DNA of 64,000 nucleotides. Origin: an uncultured Actinomycetota bacterium. Its GTDB lineage: Bacteria; Actinomycetota; Thermoleophilia; Gaiellales; Gaiellaceae. The stretch is from assembly GCA_963743675.1 (NCBI GenBank), contig CAVURE010000009.1:644910-708909 (forward strand), in the 5' to 3' direction. The notes under the pieces were generated by a model. The model was not told where the DNA came from. It worked only from the letters and a program-made list of their open reading frames with translations, and ran no database searches. Positions 1 to 9,303 of the stretch are shown piece by piece. Each line of letters starts with the position of its first letter. Positions within the stretch are counted from its first letter, which is position 1. The position numbers and the translations under genes are program-made.

Positions 1-479
1 CCGGAGCGCCAGCCGTTCGTCACCCACATCTTCTGCCCCGAGATCACGTAGTCGTCGCCGTCGGCGACGGCGGTCGTCCGGATCGACTGGACATCGGAGC
101 CCGCGTGCGGCTCGGTCATCGAGAACGAGGCTCGCACCTCGCCGGAGGCGAGCAGGGGAAGCAGGCGCTCCTTCTGGTCGGCCGTCCCGTGGTGGCGAAT
201 CATGTAGCCGGCGATGAACGAGCCGTTCACGATCCCCGACAGGCTCGTCCAGCCGCGCGAGAGCTCGATCACGATCAGGGCGTAGGTGTCCAGGCCGAGC
301 CCCAGCCCGCCGTACTCCTCGGGCAACGTCACGCCGAAGAGGCCGAGCTCCCTCATCTGGGCGACGAGCCCGGCAGGGAACTGGTCGGCGTGCTCGAGGT
401 CGGAGGCGACGGGCACGACCTCGCGGTCGACCCACTCGCGGACCGCCTCGACGATCTCCCGGTCCTCCGTCGCCGTCAC
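1..479 (-). CDS. acyl-CoA dehydrogenase, N-terminal ~160 aa (3' part lies beyond the left edge)
   Basis: Absent from the ORF track because this frame has no stop inside the window. My translation from GTG 479 reads VTATEDREIVEAVREWVDREVVPVASDLEHADQFPAGLVAQMRELGLFGVTLPEEYGGLGLGLDTYALIVIELSRGW...SFSMTEPHAGSDVQSIRTTAV..DYVISGQKMWVTNG, typical of ACAD N-terminal and middle domains. The GTG overlaps the TGA of the upstream gene (GTGA). Confidence 0.85.
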   Translation of the reverse strand, partial: MTATEDREIVEAVREWVDREVVPVASDLEHADQFPAGLVAQMRELGLFGVTLPEEYGGLGLGLDTYALIVIELSRGWTSLSGIVNGSFIAGYMIRHHGTADQKERLLPLLASGEVRASFSMTEPHAGSDVQSIRTTAVADGDDYVISGQKMWVTNGWRS

Positions 480-1865
480 GCAGCGACCCTCGCCGCGCCG
501 AGCCGGGAGAACACCTCGCTGACATCGTCGTGCTCCTCCAGCGCGAGCACGGCCGTCTCGAGTGCATCCACGGCCGAGTCGTCGAGCGCGAGCGACGCGT
601 TCTGCTCGAACTTCGACCGGATCTCGGCCGGGCTCATCGGGTTCTCCGGGCCGCCGCGCTGGTAGGGGAAGTCGGCCTCGAGGATCTCCCCGGACGTGGT
701 CGTGATGCGCACCCCGCCCGGGAACGCCGCCGGGTAGGAGTCGTAGTCGCGGACCTCGTGGCGCACCTTTCCGGCGAGCTCGAGCACCCGCCGGTCCGAG
801 ATCGCCTCGTCCGTGTAGCTCTCCACGCCGACCCGGCCGTGCACCAGCATCGCCGCGGTCGAGTACTGCAGGCTGAACTTCGCCTCGTACTCGCTGCGCG
901 GCGCCGCCTTCGGCGCCGCCGGCTCCAGGACGAGGGCCACGCCGGCCTCGGGCACCCAGACCAGGATGTCCGCGATCTCCTCGGGCGCGACCCGGTCGAC
1001 GAGCGTGGCCGTGGCCCCGAGCGACCCGTGGATGTAATGGCAGGCCGGAAACGGCTTGAACGCGATCCGCAGGGTCTCCCAGCGGCTGCCGAGGTCGCCG
1101 AGCTGCCCGTCGATGTCGATCTCGCCGCCGGCCGCTCCGATGAAAGCGTGGTAGACGCCGAAGCGCCCTTCGAGCACCCCCGGCGGGCCTGCCGCCCCGA
1201 GCGCCGCGAGCCGCGAGGCGAGCAGGGCGCCGTGAGCCGCCCAGCCGGGATGCATCGGCTTGGTCGGGGTGCCGTCGTCGAGATAGGCGAAGAGGCCGCC
1301 GGCGAACGAGCCGGCGATCCCGAGTGCGCTGGCCGTCGTCTCGACGGAGGCTCCCGCGAGCCGGCACGCTGCGGTCGTCGCCCCGAAGATGCCGCAGATC
1401 GCGGTCGGGTGAAACCCCCGGGCATGGAAGGCGCCCGAGGCGGCCATCCCGATGCGGGTCACGACCTCGTTGCCGCCGACGATCGCCGTCAGCAGCGCGC
1501 GCCCATCCGCCGCCCGGGACTCGGCGGCGGCGATCGAGGCCGGGCAGACGACAACGCTGACGTGGGCGACCGAGTCGGAATGGGTGTCGTCGAAGTCGAG
1601 GCCGTGGCAGATCATCGCGTTCGCGAAGGCGGCATTGAGCGCGGGCAGCCGGTCGTCGAGGCCGATCACCGTCGCCTGCTGCTCCCCGCCGAGCTCGGCC
1701 ATTGCCGACCGCCCCTCGGTCGCCACGGCGAGGCGCGTGGGCGGCGAGGCCGCAGCCGAGGGTGTCCAGCAGGTGGAGCTTCGCCGCCTCCGCGACCTCC
1801 GCGGGGATCTCGTCGTAGGCGAGCGTCGAGGTGAACTCGGCGAACCGCTCCGCTGCGGTCGACAT
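476..1865 (-). pseudogene. MmgE/PrpD family protein (2-methylcitrate dehydratase-like), one frameshift near 1737-1745
   Basis: Track ORF 476..1726 (416 aa; ICHGLDFDDTH, PMHPGWAAHG) lacks the family N-terminus. Reading 1741..1865 in another frame from ATG 1865 gives MSTAAERFAEFTSTLAYDEIPAEVAEAAKLHLLDTLGCGLAA, a canonical PrpD N-terminus. The two parts join if one nt is removed. The span is 1390 nt (3n+1). Confidence 0.8.
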
Positions 1866-1867
1866 CG

Positions 1868-2399
1868 TCACACCGTCCAGTCGGCGTCGGTGCCGGGGAA
1901 GGTCGGGGCCGCCTCGTCGGCGTCCCGCTTGTAGACCATGAAGGTCCGCCTGAACTCGATCACGACCTCCCGCCGCTGGTTGATGCCGCGGCAGCGCATC
2001 GAGACGATCCCGACCTTCGGGTTGGACCGTGACTCGCGCACGCTCGAGAATCTCGCTCTCGGCCCAGAGCGTATCGCCCGCGAACACCGGCCTCGGCAGC
2101 GTGATGTCGGTCCAGGCGAGATTGGCGGCCGCGTTCTCGCTCGTGTCCGGGACGGTCATCCCGGTGATCAGGGCGAGCGTGAACGTGCTGTTCACGAGCG
2201 GCCGCTTGAACTGCGTGCGCTCGGCGTACGGGGTGTTGAAGTGGATCTGGTTCGTGTTCAGCGTCAGGCACGTGAACCAGATGTTGTCGGTCTCGGTGAC
2301 CGTCCGTCCGAGCCGGCTCGCGAACCTGTCGCCGACCGCGAAGTCCTCGAAGAAGCGGCCACGCCATTCCTTGGGTGCCGCTGCCGTGTCACTGCTCAC
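1868..2399 (-). pseudogene. MaoC-like (R)-hydratase / hot-dog fold enoyl-CoA hydratase, one frameshift near 2036-2042
   Basis: My translation from GTG 2399 reads VSSDTAAAPKEWRGRFFEDFAVGDRFASRLGRTVTETDNIWFTCLTLNTNQIHFNTPYAERTQFKRPLVNSTFTLALITGM...PVFAGDTLWAESEILER. After a +1 shift it continues RESRSNPKVGIVSMRCRGINQRREVVIEFRRTFMVYKRD...DWTV and stops at TGA 1868-1870. The track has no ORF of 60 aa or more ending there, consistent with a break. The span is 532 nt (3n+1). Confidence 0.8.
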
Positions 2400-3234
2400 T
2401 GCGCTCGCTCCTTTCGGTTTCCGCCAGGACCCGCCGCGCACGCTCGACGACCGGAAGGTCGACCATCCCGCCGTGCAGGGCGAAGACGCCCCGGCCCTCT
2501 GCGCTTGCCCGTTCGTAGGCAGCGACCACCGACCGCGCCCAGTCGACGTCGGCCTCGCTCGGTGCGAACACCCGGTTGACGATGTCGATCTGGGCCGGGT
2601 GGATGCAGCCCTTCCCGCGCAGGCCGAGCGATCGCGCGAGCCCGCATTCGGCTGCGAGCCCGTCGCCGTCGTGAACGGCGAGGTGGACCGCGTCGAACGG
2701 CGCCCTGATGCCGGCGGCGGCGGAATCGAGCACGAGCTTGGAGCGTGCATAGAGAAGCTCGAGCCCGTCGGGCCGGGGCTCGAGCCCTGTCTCGGCGCCG
2801 AGGTCGACCGCTCCGAGCAGCAGGGCGACGACGCGGGGGGACGAGGCGGTCTCGTAGGCGGCACGGATCCCCGCAGCCGTCTCGGCGATCGCGATCACCG
2901 GCGGCCCCTCGCCGCCGACGGCCGCGACCGTCTCCGGCGTCGCCTTCGGGAGCACGATCGCGTCGGGCGCGAGCTCCTCGACCAGCGCCAGGTCGTCGGC
3001 GAACCATTCCGTGCCGGCGCCGTTCACCCGCACCGCGGGCGGTCGCAGCTCGGCGACGAGCTCGCGGGCGAAGCCCTTCTGCGCCGGAGCCACCGCATCC
3101 TCGAGGTCGGCGACCACCGCGTGTGCCGCCGACGCGAGCGCCGAGCGCAGCTTGCGCTCGTCGTCGCCTGGGGCAAACAGCAGAGAGCGGGCGTGGGCGA
3201 GCTGGAGGGCCGTGCCCGGGTGTATGTCAGACAT
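2389..3234 (-). CDS. HpcH/HpaI aldolase / citrate lyase beta (CitE)-like acyl-CoA lyase
   Basis: This is the C-terminal 281 aa of track ORF 2389..3456, starting at ATG 3234: MSDIHPGTALQLAHARSLLFAPGDDERKL...DLEDAV...GKGCIHPAQIDIVNRVFAP. Length and motifs fit malyl-/citramalyl-CoA lyase-type CitE proteins. Its stop overlaps the MaoC start. Confidence 0.85.
   Translation of the reverse strand: MSDIHPGTALQLAHARSLLFAPGDDERKLRSALASAAHAVVADLEDAVAPAQKGFARELVAELRPPAVRVNGAGTEWFADDLALVEELAPDAIVLPKATPETVAAVGGEGPPVIAIAETAAGIRAAYETASSPRVVALLLGAVDLGAETGLEPRPDGLELLYARSKLVLDSAAAGIRAPFDAVHLAVHDGDGLAAECGLARSLGLRGKGCIHPAQIDIVNRVFAPSEADVDWARSVVAAYERASAEGRGVFALHGGMVDLPVVERARRVLAETERSERSEQ
3224..3234. promoter_or_regulatory. 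operator-like perfect palindrome ATGTCAGACAT overlapping the CitE-like start codon
   Basis: An 11-bp perfect palindrome with a GTCNGAC core. The same core recurs at 3276-3286 and 11906-11916. Confidence 0.45.
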
Positions 3235-3253
3235 TCGGCACGGTGTCAAACCG

Positions 3254-3290
3254 AGCCTGCTTGACAGCGGTCCGAAAGTCAGACATAAAG
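3254..3290 (+). promoter_or_regulatory. promoter-like element (TTGACA-17-CATAAA) with embedded AAGTCAGACAT operator, upstream of the ADH-hyuAB operon
   Basis: The element reads agcctgcTTGACAgcggtccgaAAGTCAGACATaaag. The -35 hexamer is 3261-3266 and the -10 candidate is 3284-3289, about 45 nt before TTG 3334. It is nearly identical to the element at 11885-11921. Confidence 0.5.
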
Positions 3291-3333
3291 GCAACCCTCT
3301 GCTCGATTCGGCGCCCACCCAGGGAGGTCGCAG

Positions 3334-4362
3334 TTGAAGGCGATCGTTTTTCACGAGTTCGGTGGTCTCGATGTCCTGAGGCTCGAAGAGGTACCCGACC
3401 CACGGCCCGGCCCCGGCGAGGTGCTGATCGACGTCGCCGCCTGCGCGCTCAATCACCTCGACGTCGATGTCCGGGAGGGCAGCTCTCGCTTCCCGGTCGA
3501 GCTGCCGTTCATCCTCGGCATCGAGGTCGTCGGGCGGATCGCGGAGCTCGGCGAGGGCGTCGAGGGCTGGCAGGTGGGCGAGCGGGTGATGCCGTTCCTG
3601 ATGGCGACGTGCGGCGATTGCGTCTTCTGCCGCACCGGCCGGGAGTCGCTTTGCACCTCGGCCGGCTTCATCAGCTTCTCGACCTCAGGGGGCTACGCGG
3701 AGCGTCTTGCGTGCTCGGTCCGGCATCTCATGCGCGTCCCCGAGGAGCTCTCCGACGAGGCGGCGGCGGCACTGCAGATCGCGTTCGGCACCGCCTGGCA
3801 CATGCTCTTCACGCGCGGCAGGCTCCGGCCCGGCGAGACCGTGATGATCAACTCCGTCGGCAGCGGCATCGGCTCGGCTGCGGTGCAGCTCGCCCACTTC
3901 GCGGGCGCGACTGTGATCGGCAACGCCTCGTCCGACCAGAAGCTCGCCCGTGCAGCCGAGCTCGGCATGGACCACGGGATCAACCATGCGACCGAGGACG
4001 TGGTGGCCGAGGTGATGCGGCTGACCGCCGACCGGGGGGTCGATCTCGTCTACGAGCACGTCGGCGGCGAGCTGTTCCAGAAGGGCCTCGACTCGCTCGG
4101 CAAGGACGGGCGCCTCGTGACCTGCGGCGCCCACTCGGGCGAGGTGGTGCCCTTCGACATCATCCCCTTCTTCCGCGGGCAGAAGAGCGTGATCGGCTCG
4201 TTCACCTACACGCGCGAGGAGGTCGAGACGTGCCTCGAGCTCGCGCGCCGGGGGAAGATCGTCCCGCTCGTCCACGAGTCCTTCGCGCTGGCCGATGCCC
4301 GCGAGGCGATGGCGTGCATGGAGCGGCGGGAGCAGTTCGGGAAGATCGTCCTCAAGCCCTGA
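3334..4362 (+). CDS. zinc-type alcohol dehydrogenase / MDR-family oxidoreductase
   Basis: Track ORF of 342 aa: MKAIVFHEFGG...GIEVVGRIAELGEGV...CGDCVFCRTGRESLC...NSVGSGIGSAAVQLA. A GGAGG lies 6 nt upstream of the TTG start. Confidence 0.85.
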   Translation: MKAIVFHEFGGLDVLRLEEVPDPRPGPGEVLIDVAACALNHLDVDVREGSSRFPVELPFILGIEVVGRIAELGEGVEGWQVGERVMPFLMATCGDCVFCRTGRESLCTSAGFISFSTSGGYAERLACSVRHLMRVPEELSDEAAAALQIAFGTAWHMLFTRGRLRPGETVMINSVGSGIGSAAVQLAHFAGATVIGNASSDQKLARAAELGMDHGINHATEDVVAEVMRLTADRGVDLVYEHVGGELFQKGLDSLGKDGRLVTCGAHSGEVVPFDIIPFFRGQKSVIGSFTYTREEVETCLELARRGKIVPLVHESFALADAREAMACMERREQFGKIVLKP

Positions 4363-4375
4363 AAGGTGGCTCGCG

Positions 4376-6496
4376 ATGAAACGACTTGGCGTTGACGTCG
4401 GCGGAACCTTCACCGATCTGATCTACGTCGACGACGAGGCGGGCAGCGTCCTCGTCCACAAGATCCCGACCACGCCAGACGATCCGTCGGAGGGAACCGT
4501 CCGCGGCATCGAGGAGCTGACCACGCGGGCAGACGTGACGCCCGCTGCGCTCGACCAGGTGTTCCACGGGACGACGATCGCGACGAACATCGTCATCGAG
4601 CACGACGGCGCGCGGGTCGGCCTGATCACGACGGAGGGCTACCGCGACATCCTCCACATCGCGCGCCACAAGAAGCCGCTCAACTTCTCCAACTACCAGG
4701 ATCTGCCCTGGCAGCGCTACCCGATCGTCCGCCGCCGGTTCCGCCTGACCGTGCCCGAGCGGATCACCAAGGACGGAAGCGTGCTCGTGCCGCTGGACGA
4801 GGAGAAAGCACGCGCCCAGGTGCGCCGCCTGAAGGAGGCGGGCGTCGAATCGATCGCCGTCTGCTTCCTGTTCTCGTTCCTGAACCCCGCCCACGAGGCC
4901 CGGGTGGCCGAGATCGTGCGCGAGGAGTTCCCCGCTGCGTTCCTGTCGGTCTCCTCGGAGGTGCTGCCGCAGTACCGCGAGTACGAGCGGTTCTCGACCG
5001 TCTGCCTGAATGCGTTCATCGGCCCCAGGGTCTCGAGCTACGTACGCCGGCTCGAGGACGCCCTGCGCGCGATGAACGTCCGCACCGGGGTGCACCTGAT
5101 GACCTCGGCGAGCGGTGTCGCGACCGCCGAGGGGGCGATCGCCCGGCCCGTGAACCTGTTGATGTCGGGTCCCGTCGCCGGCGTCGTCGGCGGCATCTGG
5201 GCAGGCCGGCAGGCGGGCTACGACAACGTGATCACGCTCGACGTCGGCGGCACCTCGGCGGACATCGGGCTCGCGCAGGACGGCCGCCTGCGGATGAAGC
5301 ATCTGCTCGACACGCGCGTCGGTCCGTACCAGGCGATGATCCCGATGGTCGACGTCGACACGATCGGCGCCGGCGGCGGCTCGATCGCCTACGTCGACTC
5401 GGGCGGCATCTTCCGGGTCGGCCCTCGCTCGGCGGGCGCAGACCCCGGCCCCGCCGCCTACGGTCGCGGCGGGACCGAGCCGACCGCGACCGACGCGATG
5501 GTGAACCTCGGCTGGCTCCTGCCCGAGGCGTTCCTCGGCGGGGGCATGAAGCTTCGCGCCGACCTGGCGCACAAGGCGTTCGAGGAAGGGCCGGCGAAGG
5601 CGCTCGGAATGACCGTCCAGGAGGCCTCCATGGGCGCCGTGCAGATCCTCACCCATTCGATGGTGCAGTCGATCGAGGAGAACTCGGTGCGCAAGGGGTT
5701 CGATCCGCGCGACTTCGCGCTCGTGGCCGAGGGCGGCGCCGGGCCGCTGTTCGCGACCCAGATCGCGCTCGAGGTCGGCACGCCCTGGGTGCTCGTGCCC
5801 GGCTACCCCGGGGTGACGGCGGCGCTCGGCCTGCTCGCAACCGACATGGTCTACGAGTACGGGGCGACCGTCTATCAGCGCATCTCGAAGCTCGACGCCG
5901 CCGCGCTCGAGTCCTCGTTCGCGGAGCTCGAGGAGCAGGCCAGGGCCCAGCTCGTGGCCGACGGCGTCCCGGCCGACCGGATCCTGCTCCAGCGGGTCGC
6001 CGACTGCCGCTATCTCGGACAGGGCTACGAGCTGCGGGTCGACTGCGGCGGCGGCTCGATCGACGAGACCTGGGTGAGCAAGCTCCGCGGCGACTTCGAC
6101 GACATCCACGAGCGCGAGTACTCGCGCCGGTTCGAGGACTCCGACGTTGAGATCCCGAACGTGCGCGTCCGCGGCATCGGGCTCCAGCCGAAGCTCCAGA
6201 CCGCCGAGGTCGAGCTGGGCCCCGAGTCTCCCGACGCGGCTCTCCGCTACGAGGGCGATGCCTGGTTCCGGGTCGGCGGACGGCTGGCCGCAGCCTCGAC
6301 CAGGTTCTACGACCGGGCCGCGCTCGCGCCGGGGAACGTGCTCGCGGGGCCGGCGATCGTCAACCAGTACGACTCGACGACGGTGATCCCACCCGAGGTG
6401 TCCGCGCACATCGACCGGTTCGGGAACATCGTCATCGCGACAGGGGTGAGCGGCATCGCGGAGCCCATCGTCCGAGCGGAGGAGGTGGCGCGGTGA
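4376..6496 (+). CDS. hyuA: hydantoinase/oxoprolinase family, A (ATP-binding) subunit
   Basis: In-frame part of track ORF 4295..6496, from ATG 4376: MKRLGVDVGGTFTDLIYVDDEAG...LDVGGTSADIG...IGAGGGSIA. About 706 aa. Confidence 0.88.
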   Translation: MKRLGVDVGGTFTDLIYVDDEAGSVLVHKIPTTPDDPSEGTVRGIEELTTRADVTPAALDQVFHGTTIATNIVIEHDGARVGLITTEGYRDILHIARHKKPLNFSNYQDLPWQRYPIVRRRFRLTVPERITKDGSVLVPLDEEKARAQVRRLKEAGVESIAVCFLFSFLNPAHEARVAEIVREEFPAAFLSVSSEVLPQYREYERFSTVCLNAFIGPRVSSYVRRLEDALRAMNVRTGVHLMTSASGVATAEGAIARPVNLLMSGPVAGVVGGIWAGRQAGYDNVITLDVGGTSADIGLAQDGRLRMKHLLDTRVGPYQAMIPMVDVDTIGAGGGSIAYVDSGGIFRVGPRSAGADPGPAAYGRGGTEPTATDAMVNLGWLLPEAFLGGGMKLRADLAHKAFEEGPAKALGMTVQEASMGAVQILTHSMVQSIEENSVRKGFDPRDFALVAEGGAGPLFATQIALEVGTPWVLVPGYPGVTAALGLLATDMVYEYGATVYQRISKLDAAALESSFAELEEQARAQLVADGVPADRILLQRVADCRYLGQGYELRVDCGGGSIDETWVSKLRGDFDDIHEREYSRRFEDSDVEIPNVRVRGIGLQPKLQTAEVELGPESPDAALRYEGDAWFRVGGRLAAASTRFYDRAALAPGNVLAGPAIVNQYDSTTVIPPEVSAHIDRFGNIVIATGVSGIAEPIVRAEEVAR

Positions 6497-8403
6497 GCGT
6501 TGCAGCGTACGAGGTGGGCCGGCAGACGGGGCCTCCGAGCCGCAAGCGCGTCGAGGTCGACCCGATCACGCTTCGCGTCCTCGGCGGAGCCTTCCACGCG
6601 ATCGCGAAGGAGATGGCCGGCGTCCTCTTCCGGATGAGCTACTCCTCGATCATTCGCGAGTCCGAGGACCTCGGCGCCGGCATCTTCGACGCGGAGGGTC
6701 GCGAGCTCTGCGAGTCGGACTCGACGCCGATGCACATCGGCTCGCTGCCGTGGTACATCCGCGGGTTCCTCTACCGGCTCGAGGGCGAGATCGAGGAAGG
6801 CGACGTGATCGTCCACAACCATCCGTACCTCGGCGCGTCCCACTCCCCCGACGTCGCGGTCGCGGTGCCGATCTTCCACGAGGGCGAGCTCATCGGGTTC
6901 GCCGCGGTCACCGCGCATGTGCTCGACGTCGGTGGATCGTTCCCGGGCATCAACGCCGACGCCTTCGACGTCTACGCCGAGGCGAAGATGTACAACGCCC
7001 TCCGCTGGTACCGCCGCGGCGAGCTCAACGAGGATCTCGACCGGATGATCTTCGACAACGTCCGCACCGAGACGATGAACCGCGGCGACATGAACGCGAT
7101 GCTCGCCGCCTGCCAGCTCGGACGGGAGCGGTTCCTGCGGCTCGTCGAGCGGTACGGCGCCGACGTCGTCATGAGCGCCGCCTACGACTGGATGGACTAC
7201 TCGGAGCGGATGCTCCGCCAGGAGATCTCGAAGATCCCGGATGGGACCTACGGGCCCGTGGTGGGCTGGCTCGACGACGACGCGCGGAACCGCGACCAGC
7301 GGCTCCGGGTCGAGACCCGGGTCGTCGTCGAGGGGGACGAGATCACGATCGACCTCACGGGCTCGAACCCGGAGGTGCCGACCGGCTTCAACGTCCCGTT
7401 CGAGGGCTCGCTGCTCGTCAGCTGCTACTACGCGGTGCGGACGATCCTCCTCGACGAGGTGATGTTCCCGGAGCACGTCCCGCAGAACGACGGCGTCTTC
7501 CGGCCGGTGAAGGTGATCGCGCCGAAGGGGACGATCTTCAACCCGACCTTCCCGCGCGCGTGCTTCTCGCGTTTCTGCCAGACCCAACGCGTCGTCGACA
7601 ATGTCATTCTCGCGCTGGCGGACGCGCTCCCGGACAAGGTGACCGGCGGCAACTCCGCCGGGATCCACTTCTGCGCCTACGCCGGGTTCGACGACTCGCT
7701 GGGCGAGTACTGGCTCTACCTCGAGGTGAACGAGGGCTCCTACGGCGGCCGCTTCGGCAAGGACGCCATGGACTCGGTCGACAACCTGATGGCCAACACG
7801 CGCAACAACCCGATCGAGGAGCTCGACATGCGCTTCCCGATGCGCTGTGACCAGTACGAGCTGCGGCCGGAGCCTGCCGCGCCCGGGCGCTGGCGGGGAG
7901 GTATCGGGATCATCCGCCGGAACCGGTTCCTCGTCGACGGCACCTACTCGTGCGAGGGCGACCGGCAGACCGATCCGCCGCAAGGCGTGTTCGGCGGCTG
8001 GGACGGCCTCGTTGCGTCGTGCCGGAAGAACCCCGACACGGGCCGCGAGGAGCAGCTGCCGGCCAAGGTGACGGGCATCCCGTTCCAGGCCGGCGAGTTC
8101 ATCGAGTTCCGCGAGCCGAACGCGGCCGGCTACGGCGATCCGCTCGACCGGCCGGCGGAGGCCGTGCGGGAGGACATCCTCGACGACTTCACGACGATCG
8201 AGCTGGCCCGCGACGCCTACGGCGTGGTCTTCTCGGACGAGCGCCTGCTCGAGGTCGACCCGGCGGCGACCGAGAAGCTCCGGGCGGAGCTGCGGGCCGG
8301 GCGCAAGGGCTCCTCGCTGACCGACTACTTCGCGAACCGCGAGCTGACCCCCTCGTCGGCGCCGGCGTCCCGTGCCGGCAACCGCGAGCTCGGGATCGAG
8401 TGA
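6493..8403 (+). CDS. hyuB: hydantoinase B / oxoprolinase family, B subunit
   Basis: Track ORF of 636 aa: DPITLRVLGGAFHAIAKEMAGVLFRMSYSSIIRESEDLGAGIFDAEG...VHNHPYLGASHSPD. GTGA overlap with hyuA. Confidence 0.88.
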   Translation: MSVAAYEVGRQTGPPSRKRVEVDPITLRVLGGAFHAIAKEMAGVLFRMSYSSIIRESEDLGAGIFDAEGRELCESDSTPMHIGSLPWYIRGFLYRLEGEIEEGDVIVHNHPYLGASHSPDVAVAVPIFHEGELIGFAAVTAHVLDVGGSFPGINADAFDVYAEAKMYNALRWYRRGELNEDLDRMIFDNVRTETMNRGDMNAMLAACQLGRERFLRLVERYGADVVMSAAYDWMDYSERMLRQEISKIPDGTYGPVVGWLDDDARNRDQRLRVETRVVVEGDEITIDLTGSNPEVPTGFNVPFEGSLLVSCYYAVRTILLDEVMFPEHVPQNDGVFRPVKVIAPKGTIFNPTFPRACFSRFCQTQRVVDNVILALADALPDKVTGGNSAGIHFCAYAGFDDSLGEYWLYLEVNEGSYGGRFGKDAMDSVDNLMANTRNNPIEELDMRFPMRCDQYELRPEPAAPGRWRGGIGIIRRNRFLVDGTYSCEGDRQTDPPQGVFGGWDGLVASCRKNPDTGREEQLPAKVTGIPFQAGEFIEFREPNAAGYGDPLDRPAEAVREDILDDFTTIELARDAYGVVFSDERLLEVDPAATEKLRAELRAGRKGSSLTDYFANRELTPSSAPASRAGNRELGIE

Positions 8404-8487
8404 TGCCCCCATGACCGCGACGAGGGTGCGTGAGACTCAGGCGATCGGCGTCGGGCCCGCCTGCGACCCGCCCGCAGGTGTCGCGGC

Positions 8488-9228
8488 GTGAACAAGCGCC
8501 CGGCGAGCCCCAGGCAGTACGACGAGGTGGCGGGCAGGTTGCGCGACCTCGTCATCGAGGGGTCGCTCCAGCCCGGCGCCCGGCTCCCGAACGAGACGGC
8601 TCTCGCCCGCGAGTACGGCGTCAGCCGGGCGACGTTGCGCGAGGCGCTCCGGTCGCTCTCGGCCCAGAGCCTCATCCGCACGGCCAAGGGCGCCGGCGGC
8701 GGCTCCTACGTGACGCGCCCGAGCGTCGACGGGGTCTCGAGCTTCCTCCATTCGAGCCTGACCTTGATGGCCGGTGCCGAGGAGATCACGGTCGACGAGC
8801 TGCTCGAGGCAAGGGAGCTGCTCGAGGTTCCGGCGGCGCGGCTCGCCGCGGCGAGAATCGACGACGCCGGGATCCAGCGTCTTCGCGACCAGATCCCGAG
8901 CGAGCCGATGCGTCTCGGCGTGAGCGAGCAGTTCGTCTACAACCAGGACTTCCATTCGGTCGTGATCGCGAGCAGCGGCAACGCGCTGCTCGCGATCGCC
9001 GCCCAGCCGATCTTCGGCGTGCTGCACACGAACCTCTCGCGCTCGAAGCTCGGCGCGCGCTTCCACCGCTCGGTCAACGACGAGCACCGTTCGATCGCCG
9101 CCGCGATCGCCTCCGGCGACGCCGACCTCGCCGCCGAGGAGATGCACGACCACCTGGTGCACATCAGGCCGTACTACGAGCAGGCCTGGCGCAGCCGCCG
9201 GGACGTCCGGCCTTCGGGATCCGGGTGA
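8488..9228 (+). CDS. GntR-family transcriptional regulator, FadR-type C-terminal domain
   Basis: Track ORF of 246 aa. It has a winged-HTH region (LPNETALAREYGVSRATLREALRSLSAQSLIRT) followed by an all-helical FCD-like domain. Confidence 0.85.
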   Translation: MNKRPASPRQYDEVAGRLRDLVIEGSLQPGARLPNETALAREYGVSRATLREALRSLSAQSLIRTAKGAGGGSYVTRPSVDGVSSFLHSSLTLMAGAEEITVDELLEARELLEVPAARLAAARIDDAGIQRLRDQIPSEPMRLGVSEQFVYNQDFHSVVIASSGNALLAIAAQPIFGVLHTNLSRSKLGARFHRSVNDEHRSIAAAIASGDADLAAEEMHDHLVHIRPYYEQAWRSRRDVRPSGSG

Positions 9229-9303
9229 ACGGATCGCTCCAGGGCGAGACGGACCGGCCGGCCCGGCCCGTCGACCGGATCGGGCAGCCGGCAGAGGTTG
9301 CGG

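Noticed and set aside
1960-2367. Track ORF 1960..2367(-) (135 aa), the only listed ORF covering the MaoC region.
   Set aside because: Its translation (MAWPLLRGLRGRRQVREPART...) is a non-protein-like alternate frame. The MaoC signature is in the two other frames described above.
1-2399. A minus-strand frame that stays open for about 2.4 kb and runs off the left edge. It could be mistaken for one large gene.
   Set aside because: The open frame is a mosaic: the MaoC N-terminal part, the PrpD N-terminal 42 aa and the acyl-CoA dehydrogenase are joined by non-protein-like read-through. The real MaoC and PrpD bodies are in another frame with their own stops at 1868 and 476.
8404-8487. A GTCNGAC operator upstream of the GntR gene itself (autoregulation), and a hairpin (cctgcg-N7-cgcagg) as a hyuB terminator.
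   Set aside because: No GTCNGAC core is present in this gap. The 6-bp stem is short and has no U-tract, so it is not reported as a feature.
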